A stretch of 63,989 nt of DNA, the filler included, from Octopus bimaculoides (taxonomy: Eukaryota): the NCBI RefSeq assembly GCF_001194135.2. It is 5 parts of 5 records of this genome, joined end to end, with 100 filler letters (N's around TTAATTAATTAA, not from the genome) between each part and the next. Parts side by side here need not be neighbours in the genome. Positions count along the whole stretch, not along the records: positions 49,902 to 60,904 come from NC_069000.1; positions 61,005 to 63,989 come from NC_068984.1; 3 more parts are not named here. The stretch is one strand, 5' to 3'. Under the pieces are notes generated by a model. It saw nothing but the letters and a program-made list of their open reading frames with translations, was not told the origin of the DNA and did not search any database. Below, piece after piece: positions 54,145-63,989 of this stretch. A program made the translations under genes and the position numbers. Each line of letters starts with the position of its first letter. The stretch's first letter is position 1.

Positions 54145-54372
54145 TTAAACCTTTAGCATTAAAATTAGTCTGTTAAATGTAATGCTCATTTATTCAAATT
54201 GTTTTGAATTTATCAGGCATTGTCTTATAGCTTTGAGATTTTGATGATGAGATTGTTTATTTTTAGAATTACATTGTAAGATAAATGTGAGAGACCAGAT
54301 ATGGCCAGTTTGAACATTAAACAGGTAGAATATTTGGGCCGGATATGGCCAGTTTGCATGCTAAAAGGTTAA
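54145..54372 (-). mobile_element. piggyBac-like MITE, same family in opposite orientation
   Basis: TTAA-ACCTTTAGCA...TGCTAAAAGG-TTAA. The reverse complement aligns to 52838-53060 (shared tatccggcccaartattcta). Confidence 0.7.
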
Positions 54373-54699
54373 AAGCTGTGGTAAGACAAGACTAATGATG
54401 CTTCAAATAAAGCCCTTTGTTGGATAGAAGTTGGCTTGTTTGGGGTCTGCACTAGTCTTGCTTTTGCATCATAGTATCTGAGTGCATATTTCAAAAATCA
54501 ATCAAGAAAAATTTCTCACTTCAAAATACTGCTATTGTGCCTCAACCACCCTATTCCCCATTGGTCCCATAGTAATGGGCTTACTATGCAGAAATGTTTG
54601 TAAATGACATTGACTGGTGCAGAAAAATTGGAATGAGTAGTTAAAAAGTGCAACAATGAGGCCTTGGATTCAACCTCATACATAAATATGCAGTCAACA

Positions 54700-54990
54700 C
54701 CCATTCAATTCATGCTATCCAAGACACACCAGAATAAATGTCCCTTATTACCTACCTAAAAGAATTGGCACAATGGTATGTGCAGCAAACATTCATGACA
54801 TAAGACTTCAAGAACTGAAGGATACACTCCTTGACAAGAATTATCTGCCATTCTTAATTGATGATGGAATATAATGAACCGAGAAATTCAATATCCAAGG
54901 AACTAAGACAAACAAAACAAAGAAATATATCAGAATTGAAAGTCCTACTATACAATTCCTCCTACAACCCCAAATAAAAATGAGGAGATT
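54700..54990 (+). mobile_element. Penelope-like RT C-terminal/thumb fragment (degenerate)
   Basis: Translates as FNSCYPRHTRINVPYYLPKRIGTMV...IRLQELKDTLLDKNYLPFLIDDGI, resembling the PLE SCHPxHxKxNIPYxxARRI...RLxEL...YP...ID motif. Confidence 0.75.
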
Positions 54991-55059
54991 ACAAGGGTCT
55001 TGAAGTTCTGTGATTTAAATGACCCAATGACCTGAAACACTAACTTCAGATAATTAGCC

Positions 55060-55640
55060 AGTCACCTGATCATCTATCACTGTGATGAGAGAATAGGGTA
55101 GGCAGATAGTTGTAAATGTAAAATCTTTTCTTAACGAAGACTGTATAACCAAACATAAGTTAGTGGTTAATGACTTGAGACATAGAACTAAGATTCAGAG
55201 ACAAACCAGTCTGAGAAATGAAGATGTGGAAGCTTAAAGAGCCATTGAACGGCCAGAGATTTAGAGAGGTTCTAGATGAAGCATTTGACAAGGAAGAGGC
55301 AGTACAAATGTTTAACATGGAGGGTAACTGGAAGTTCCTATGGGTAAATCTACTGAGGGTTACTGACCAAATATGTGGCTGGTGGAATATTCCAGCCAAA
55401 ATGAAAGTGACATGGTGGTGGAACAGTAAAGTAGACAGAGCCATAAAAGGGAAGAGACAAGTTTGGCAAGATTAGAAGAATGAAAATAGCAGAGTATTAT
55501 ACCAGGTAGCTAGAGCTAAGCAACAGGTCCATTTAGCAAAGGAAAAAGCAGAAGTAAGAGGTTTGCCAATGTTTTTGGAATGTAAGAGCTAGAGGCATGA
55601 AACATTCCAGATTGCAAGATAATGTATAAGAGCAAATCAG
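55060..55640 (+). mobile_element. RTE-type LINE fragment (endonuclease-RT linker)
   Basis: CITKHKLVV, WKLKE, VTDQICGW, TWWWNSKVDRAIKGKRQVWQD; the WWN linker motif is typical of APE-type LINE ORF2. Confidence 0.7.
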
Positions 55641-55793
55641 GTGTGGGTGTGTGGTAAGAAACTTGCTTCCCATCCACATGGTTCCAGATTCAGTCCCACT
55701 GCATGGCACCTTGGGCAAGTGACTTCTACTATAGCCTCAGGCCAACCAAAGCCTTGTGAGTGAATTTGGTAGACAGAAACTGAAAGAAGCCTG

Positions 55794-55829
<36 letters not shown>

Positions 55830-56364
55830 TCATCATCATTTAACGTCCGCTTTCCATGCTAGCATGGGTTGGACGATTTGACTGAGGACTGGTGAAACCG
55901 GATGGCAACACCAGCTTCCAATCTGATTTGGCACAGTTTCTACAGCTGGATGCCCTTCCTAACGCCAACCACTCAGAGAGTGTAGTGGGTGCTTTTATGT
56001 GTCACCCGCACGAAGGCCAGTCAGGCGGTACTGGCAACGGCCACATATATATATATGTATGTATATGTTTGTGTATCTGTGTTTGTCCCCCCACCCATTG
56101 CTTGACAACTGCTGTTGGTGTGTTTACGTCCCTGTAACTTAGCAATTCGGCAAAAAAGACCGATAGAATAAGTACCAGGCTTACAAAGAATAAGCCCTGG
56201 GGTCAATTTGCTCAACTAAAGGCAGTGCTCCAGCATGGCTGCAATCAAACGACTGAAACAAGCAAAAGAATAAAAGAATACATATATACATATTATATAT
56301 ATATATACATATATTCCATATATACATATATATTGTATATATACATATATTACATATATACATA

Positions 56365-56439
<75 letters not shown>

Positions 56440-56670
56440 TATGTATTTGTGTGTGTGTGTCTTTGTGTCTGTCCCCCACCATCACCTGACAACTGATGTT
56501 GATGTGTTTATGTCCCCGTAACAGCGGTTCAACAAAAGAGACCGATAGAATAAGTACTAGGCTTACAAAGAATAAGTCCTGGGGTCAATTTCTTTGACTA
56601 AATCCCTTTAAGGCAGTGCTCCAGCATGGCTGCAGTCATATGAATGAAACAAGTAAAACAATAAAAGGAT
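55641..56670 (+). mobile_element. SINE A with nested element E (55828-56044) and a duplicated 3' half (~56445-56670)
   Basis: Order seen: head 55641-55800, (TA)n, element E, 3' half 56045-56280, long (TA)n, second 3' half. Confidence 0.85.
55828..56044 (-). mobile_element. Element E: young short retroposon/LINE 3' end with (GAT)n tail; other copies at 49921-50000, 52331-52520, 60729-60904
   Basis: Shared (cat)n-ttaacgtccgctttccatgctagcatgggttggacg. Three copies are near-identical and all four abut (TA)n. Confidence 0.8.
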
Positions 56671-57097
56671 ACTGTATGAGAGAAGTGTGTACTGGTGAAT
56701 AATGGTACACTTGCACATAATGATTTTGTAAGGAAAGAGGCATAGAAATGCAATTATGAATGATATTAAATATGAACCCAACAGAGGGACCAGCCATAGA
56801 AAAGGCCATTGGATCATCAGACATTAGAACTGAGATTAGGTATCACTGTGAATTTTTGAAAATATTTAAATCTAACTTTTTCTTGGAGAACATCCAAAAA
56901 GAAACGTTTTGATACTTCATTTATAAAATTAGGATGAACATTTTAGGGAATATAACAATTTGAATGGTCAGTGAATTGGTCAAAACCTTGCCTGATTGGC
57001 CTAAATGAATAATTAGCCATATTTGTGATTTTATATCTTTGAAACTGAGGTGACAATCATCTTTAAAGTGCACAAATGAACAGTGACTATGGCATAG

Positions 57098-57306
57098 CTC
57101 TTTTACTCTTTTACTTGTTTCAGTCATTTGACTGCGGCCATGTTGGAGCACCGCCTTTTAGTCGAGCAAATCGACCCCAGGACTTATTCTTTGGAAGCCT
57201 AGTACTTATTCTATCGGTCTCTTTTGCCGAACTGCTAGGTTACGGGGACGTAAACACACCACCATCGATTGTCAAGCGATGCTGGGGGGACAAACACAGA
57301 CACACA

Positions 57307-57350
<44 letters not shown>

Positions 57351-57511
57351 TACGACGGGCTTCTTTCAGTTTCCGTCTACCAAATCCACTCACAAGGCTT
57401 TGGTCGGCCCGAGGCTATAGTAGAAGACACTTGCCCAAGGTGCCACACAGTGGGAATGAACCCGGAACCATGTGGTTGGTAAGCAAGCTACTTACCACAC
57501 AGCCACTCCTG
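57098..57511 (-). mobile_element. SINE A, full length
   Basis: Near-identical to 5164-5561. Confidence 0.9.
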
Positions 57512-58483
57512 TGCCAATAGCAGTGGCCTATTTTCTTTTTTTTTCAAGTTCTTGGAGAAAACATTTTTTTAGCAATTTTTAAAAATATTTATGTAAAGTC
57601 TATTTTGTTACATGTAACAAACAGTCAATTTCATGGTGTTTTCAAACCTAACTAAATCCAAGTGTAAGCCTTAAGTTTTGGTACATTTATGCAAGGCATA
57701 AATCCAGGGATTTAGAGATATGACACCATTTCAATATAATTTTAATAGACTATAAAAAATGGCTATAAATGACAGAGTTTCAGATGAGGACGCCCACATA
57801 AGTTGTATTTTTTCCATTTTGACATGGACTTATCCAGTTTTTTTCATCACAGCCTTGGAAATGATGGGAGGAAGCCTTTTATGAAAAACACTTTTGAAAA
57901 GCATAAATTTTAGGACATTAAAAACACAGCAAACTCAATGGTAGGAGAGAGAGGAACTATAAGTCATGGTAATTAAATGATGGTTCAACTACATATCTTA
58001 CCGTCTTTTCTGTAATACTAGTTATCTTTCATATACGCATATATGCACACACACACACAAACATATATATACATACAGACACACACACGCATCCATACAC
58101 ACACACATATACATATATATTACATGCATACCTCCACACAAACACACAACACATACAAATATATGATAGACTTCTTTCAGTTTCTGTCTACTAAATCCAT
58201 TCACAAGGTTCTTGTTGACCAGGGGCTATAGCAGAAGACACATGCCCAAGGTAACACACAGTGAGACACATACATTAAAAAACCAAAAATGTACTTTGAG
58301 AACTTTTCATGGATAAAAGGAAGTTCTTACATTTTTATCAAAATATGCTACTGATTTTAAATGCTTTAAAAGATGATTTAGTTCTGCTGAAATAAAGGGA
58401 AAATTAACTGAAATAAATTAATCTTGTATGTTATCTGTTCTGGAAGTTTATAAGTTTTGTATCCTTCTGCTTGCTGCTGGGTT

Positions 58484-58546
<63 letters not shown>

Positions 58547-58809
58547 ACAACAGTTCAAGCAGTGACAGTCGTCCTTTCTCATTATGGAGTAGCAACATTA
58601 ACAATGCTAGTGGATGTAGCAGCTATGGTAGTTGGTGCCAGTCAAACTAGAAGGGGTGGCAGTAGTTGTTGCCCTTTCTCTCTGACAATTATTTAAAAGT
58701 GGTGGTATCTGGTTATGAAAGTTGTTTCTTTGTCAATGCATTGTCATGGTGTGTAATTGCTAAATTGAAATAGAGGGGGTAAAAATCATAAAATATATAT
58801 GTGTCTATA

Positions 58810-59345
58810 TATTCACCAGATCCTATTATATTTTCAAACACAGATGAAGTTATTTTTTTATATTCTGAAGACTTGTCCTTGTTTAAAATGGATCTCTGAC
58901 CCTTGTGTCAGATTAAAACATATACCACAGTTGGGTTTTCCTCATTTTTCTAACTGCTAGTTCTGTTGTTACTGTATGAAGTTTGGCCTTTGTTAGTATT
59001 TTTTCACTGATTTCGGTTGTCTTTTGCTCTTTATGATGCAAAATATTTGGAGATTTTGGTTCAACTTGATATCCTTTTCAGTGTCGATATGTTTTAGAAT
59101 ATGATATAGGCCTAATGGTTTTGAGGATTGTGGGTGGAAATGTACAGGACTTTCAATTCAGATATACTTTTTCATTTTGTTTGTCTTAGTTCCCAGATAT
59201 TGAATTTCTTAGCTTGTTATATTTCCATAATCAATTAAGGATCATGGATAGTTCCTGTCAAGGAGTGTATCCTTCAGTTCCTGAAGTCTTGTCATGGATG
59301 TTTGCATCATATACTGTCATACTGATCCTTCTAGATAGGTCTTTA
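58810..59345 (-). mobile_element. Penelope-like thumb-linker-GIY-YIG fragment, same family as 54700-54990
   Basis: The reverse complement of 59160-59345 aligns to ~54770-54950. Downstream it reads IIKSKRQP...ILTKAKL...KPNCGIC..., frameshifted. Confidence 0.7.
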
Positions 59346-59674
59346 TCTTGTTTAAAAGTCATCTGCTTAAAAAGCAATTGACAAACTCTTGTTCTCAGCT
59401 TCAAAAAATGGCGAAACAAATTAATGTCTTGACCAGAAAAACATGGGTAGCAATATTTAACAAGACTTGTGTGGTTTTTATTATAACATTACATTTACTC
59501 TCTGAGTTGATTGAGTGTTTTTCTACATGTTGAATCCTTACCACATAATATATATACATACATACATATATATAAATGAGAGTGTGTGTATGTAAATATT
59601 GTCATGGAAAGGCTCCAAAACAGTATGCCCTTGAGAAAAATGGATTTGATTTTCAAAACCTGCATCCCAACAAC

Positions 59675-59702
<28 letters not shown>

Positions 59703-59713
<11 letters not shown>

Positions 59714-60683
59714 GAAGGTTTGAAAATGCAATTTTAAAGATTTTTATTCACTTGACCGGTTTAATCACACACACACACACACACACACACACACNNNNNN
59801 NNNNNNNNNNNNNNNNNNNNNNNNNNNNNNNNNNNNNNNNNNNNNNNNNNNNNCACACCACCCAGACACACACACACGCGAACAAACACATACACACACA
59901 CGACACTAACAAACATTAATCTCACACACACACACACATACGTGCACACATATACACACACACCATCCTACCAAATATAAAACACATACATGCCACAATA
60001 AACTCTGGGACCAATCAAAAACGGTTCACACACATACACAAACACATGTATATATACACACACACACATAGAGACATTCTGACCTCTAAGACCAGTCCCA
60101 AAAACCACTGAACCATGACAAACTAGCCCAGAAACAAAAAAACTCTTTTAATTCTACATTGCTCTTCCTCATCCCCAACCAGCCCCCCCCCTACACACAC
60201 GTATGTGTGTTCCTTAAAATAGCAAACATTCCCTAGCTACATACAAAAGAGTAAACATGTTAAAAAGACAGGTCAGTTTCTCTCCAAATTTTTGTAAATT
60301 CTTAAATATATCACAGGAGTATATATATACTACCAAACACTTTCAGTTGAATACTCTCTTTTAAACTGTTTTAAGCATATTCTTATCATTATCAAAGAAT
60401 GTATATATGTAGTTTAATACTTAAGCTGCTTTTAACATTTTCTTATTATTATCAAAGAATATATATATATGTATTTTTATATATGTATTCTAATACTGAA
60501 ACTGTTTTTAATATTTTCTTATGACTATCAAAGAATCTATATATGTATTTTAATAATTTTGTGACAACCAAGCTTATACAAAGCTTTACATTGTACTTTT
60601 GACAATCTTTTTCTAAAAAAGTGAAACCGGTCAAGTGAATAAACATCTTTAAAATTGCATTTTCAAACCTTCTTTCATATATA
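59703..60683. mobile_element. Element with ~57-bp inverted terminal segments in TA context, PLE-like
   Basis: tgaaagaaggtttgaaaatgcaattttaaagat.tttattcacttgaccggttt at 59709-59762 has an inverted copy at 60625-60677 with one mismatch. Internal ~70-bp imperfect tandem repeats at ~60360-60560. Confidence 0.6.
60595..60636 (+). ncRNA. Degenerate hammerhead-like motif with ACCGGU palindrome
   Basis: ACUU-UUGACAA-U-CUUUUU-CUA-AAAAAG-U-GAA-ACCGGU-C-AAGU. Stems I-III are preserved but the core deviates (C3>U, G8>A). Confidence 0.4.
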
Positions 60684-61187
60684 TTTCCACTTGTGCAGTA
60701 TCTTACAACTTTACTTTGTTATATATATCATCATCATCGTTTAACGTCCGCTTTCCATGCTAGCATGGGTTGGACGATTTGACTGAGGACTGGTGAAACC
60801 GGATGGCAACACCAGGCTCCAGTCTGATTTGGCAGAGTTTCTACAGCTGGATGCCCTTCCTAACGCCAACCACTCAGAGAGTGTAGTGGGTGCTTTTACG
60901 TGTCNNNNNNNNNNNNNNNNNNNNNNNNNNNNNNNNNNNNNNNNNNNNTTAATTAATTAANNNNNNNNNNNNNNNNNNNNNNNNNNNNNNNNNNNNNNNN
61001 NNNNATTATATATCCATGAAAGAGATTTGAATTTATATAAATGATTTATATATATTTATGAAAAAATGATGAATTTTTTTCATTATGAAATTTTTTTCAT
61101 TATGAAATTTTTTTCATTATTTTTTTCATTTGAGGTTTTTTTCACGCTGACTACTTGATAAATTCTTATAAAGAATTTATCCTATAT

Positions 61188-61227
<40 letters not shown>

Positions 61228-61352
61228 AAAAAGTAACAAACTGAAGAAAAGAAATCCTTCAAAGGGGTGTGTTAAACATCCAATTCACTAGTACTTCAGT
61301 TGGATACCATATAAATATTGGTATAATTCCTTAATAAATATAAATTAAATAT

Positions 61353-61855
61353 AGAGATATTCTATTGACATTCAATAATTTATTTATATTACAATATTAC
61401 ATTAAATACTATGAATATAATATATATCATAACATAACAATATATAAATAATTATAAAAACCATTAAAGTCCAACAAATTGTTTTGACTTATATTTTTTC
61501 TGATATACATAATCACAGTTCAATTATATATAAGTCACTTCAGCGTCAATCAGTTCAGAAAGATGAAATCCTGTCTGGAAAGGATGGCTGGATTGTAAAA
61601 ATCTTTACAACCCAGCTGTCCTTTCCAGACAGGATTTCATCTTTCTGAACCGACTGACCGTGAAGTGATTTATATATAATTGAACTGTGATTATGTATAT
61701 TAGAAAAAATATGTATAAGTCAAAACAATTTGTTGGACTTTTACAATTTTTATAACTATTTATATAATGTTATGTTATGTTATATTTTTATATTCATAGT
61801 ATTTAATGTAATATTATAATATAAATAAATTATTGAATGTCAATAGAATATCTCT
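61353..61855. repeat. ~500-bp near-perfect foldback (arms ~245 bp, loop ~4 nt at ~61600-61603)
   Basis: agagatattctattgacattcaataa...ttattgaatgtcaatagaatatctct; centre ttgtaaa-aatc-tttacaa. Confidence 0.92.
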
Positions 61856-62218
61856 GATCTATCTTTAAATATATATATATATAACAATTGCAGCGTGGAA
61901 GGTGTTTATAAGCCATTTAAGAAACACACAAAAACCGTTAGATTCACTTCAACATTTAAATAAAATTTGTCAAAATATTTTTGTCGCTTTGAGACCGCGA
62001 CCTGTTCACTGACAAAGTTCTGTGCTGCATACTTATATATATATATATATATATATTTACATATTATTGTATTTGTCTTATTTTTTCTGTTCACCCATCA
62101 TGTTTACTTATTTATAAACAGGCAACCTATGTTCCTAACAGCCAAATTGAAGTGTTGAAATCATAATAATATCTGGTTCAAAATTTATGAAGAGTTAATC
62201 ATGTTTGTGTCCATTGTG

Positions 62219-62249
<31 letters not shown>

Positions 62250-62499
62250 TTCTTTTTCTTGTTTTTCTGTTTGTCCCTTTGTCATCCCCTGTGTCACAAA
62301 AGGTGAAGATGAACTACAGGCTGACTAACAGAAAGCAAGTTTCATATGTAACAGATGCATTGGAGCAGTAAGTACGTACTATGAGCACATTTGAAATGGA
62401 TTCTCTACATTTTTAAAAATATATTCTCACTCTTGGTGTGACACAGTTTTGGGACCACTGCATCAGACTATGTGAATGACAACACTTATCTAGGAACTC

Positions 62500-63160
62500 T
62501 TATCAGCAATACAATGTTATTACCATTTCAAATATGGCACATTTGGACTAATAAACAAGTCATTTACTGTGTTTTGTCACAGAGAAAATTTATCACTGCT
62601 GACAATGGTGTAAATACGCCTGTCTGTGACCAAAGAGGAGATAATTACTTTGAAATGCAGTACCTCACAGTTTGGAAAGGGGGCCCTGCAAACTGATCTA
62701 GGTGTATTTACACCATTGTCAACAGTGATAATTTTGTTCATGACAAAACACAGTGAATGATTTGATTATTAGTCCAAACATGCCACAAGCATATGTGAAC
62801 TGATAATAACATTGCATTTATACATATCACTGCTTCATAATTTACTTACGGTGAGCCACTGCATAGTGTTCTCAGCCACTGTATGATGACTGAAATAGCA
62901 TAAGAGAACCACTCTCTTTCATCAGTTCATGGTACCCTCTGCCCAGTGTCTGTCACTGAAGAGGAGATAACTACTCCAAAATGCTACATCTCGCAGTTTG
63001 GAAAGGGAGTGCTGTGAACTGATCTAGGTGTATTTACACCATTGTCAACAGCTATAAATTTTCTCCATAGTAAACACAGTGAATGGCTTGTTTATTAGTC
63101 CAAACATGCTGCAAACATATTTGAACTGATAATAACATTACATTTATACATATCGCTGAT
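62500..63160. repeat. Triplicated ~130-200-bp unit: one inverted (62500-62620) and two direct (62630-62830, 62955-63160)
   Basis: Shared gtatttacaccattgtca...aacacagt.aatg.cttg.ttattagtccaaa. Confidence 0.85.
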
Positions 63161-63523
63161 TAGCGTTCTTACTTCCTAACTTATCAGTAATGTCAATGGG
63201 ACAAAATTAAAGGATGCCAGACTATTGGAGATGTACATTTTGAAAAGCCAACCATACCAACCTTCACTTATGTTAAAAAACAGAAGTCACATAGACGATG
63301 GAAATGTCTTAGCCAACACACATTAGACATAATTATAATCATTGTTTATACTTGGTGATTATTAAGATTAACTAAACTGACTTAATTATTTGTTTTAGTA
63401 TCTAGTATATTTTATAAGCATGAAATACAGGTGAATTTAACTGACATGAACTTAGATATATTTTGACCAAAGATTGGTCCAGGCCATGTCTAACTTAATA
63501 ACACTACTTGATAGGATTATCTA

Positions 63524-63935
63524 AAACTAGCAGAGATACCCAGCATTGCCCGTGTTACATGCAATTGAAGAATGAGACTTTTCTGTTATATTTTCTGTAA
63601 GGAAAATATGACATATGATTCGAATTTCATCAAAATTGCACATGAGGGTTCTTTCCCTCTTTACATGCCCTAAAAAATTCTAATCATGAAACATGTATCC
63701 CATACTATTGATCTTTATGCGCATATTCCAAAATTTCAGTCTTCTGGAACCTGTAAAAAGAATTTTGCTCCTGAAAAATGGAGCTCATGGAGCTCTAAAA
63801 TGTGGAAATGAAGGCCCCTATTGGAGGTGGGTGTGTTAATGTCAACCAGAGAAGTTGAATTGTTGGGAATGTTTTTAACTTGGGTCTTATTGTATGCCTG
63901 TATATATGTGAGAGTATAGTCTCACTTTAATAGTT
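63524..63935 (+). mobile_element. Possible non-autonomous Helitron/Helentron-like element
   Basis: Starts AACTAGCAGAGATACCCAGCATTGCCCGTG, resembling the ACTAG..ACCCG.CGTTGCCCGGG 5' ends of HINE/DINE-1-like elements, and ends near a tgagagtatagtctca hairpin and ctttaatag. No coding evidence. Confidence 0.4.
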
Positions 63936-63989
63936 TCAGTATGAAATTGAAAGTATTAAAGTGAAAGTATTTGACATGAGTGTTTTTGT

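Noticed and set aside
61960-62030. GTCGC/GCGAC stem followed by AAA on the minus strand as another hammerhead
   Set aside because: No CUGANGA-like core or palindromic stem III in this copy.

Overview
Eukaryotic, AT-rich, microsatellite-saturated draft-assembly DNA with N-gaps, some carrying a TTAATTAATTAA filler. The repeat landscape looks like an octopus genome; this is inferred from recalled repeat families, not from a search. Only one host coding segment is well supported: a 291-nt, phase-0/phase-0 internal exon on the minus strand (6257-6547) encoding the N-terminal MNNL/C2 domain of a Delta-type Notch ligand. Its signal-peptide exon and promoter probably lie at about 8.6-9.7 kb, and the next exon was not found in the window. 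The remaining ~55 kb is mobile DNA: three or more tRNA-headed SINE families; RTE, CR1/L2-like, Tx1/L1-like and R4/Dong LINE remnants; two mariner relics; piggyBac-like MITEs; foldback elements; and Penelope-like (PLE) fragments. The main hidden layer is a set of minimal type-I hammerhead ribozyme motifs from several unrelated PLE-like repeats. Each has a palindromic stem III (ACGU, ACAGCUGU or ACCGGU), which implies dimer-dependent and possibly family-specific cleavage. Other leads: a 22-bp twin-ETS palindrome upstream of the Delta exon that also reads as a 6-nt microexon with canonical splice sites, inverted SINEs bracketing the Delta exon, a SINE whose internal TA/CA tract repeatedly receives other transposons, and a ~500-bp near-perfect foldback. 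Nearly all ORFs in the supplied track are microsatellite, gap or antisense artefacts.
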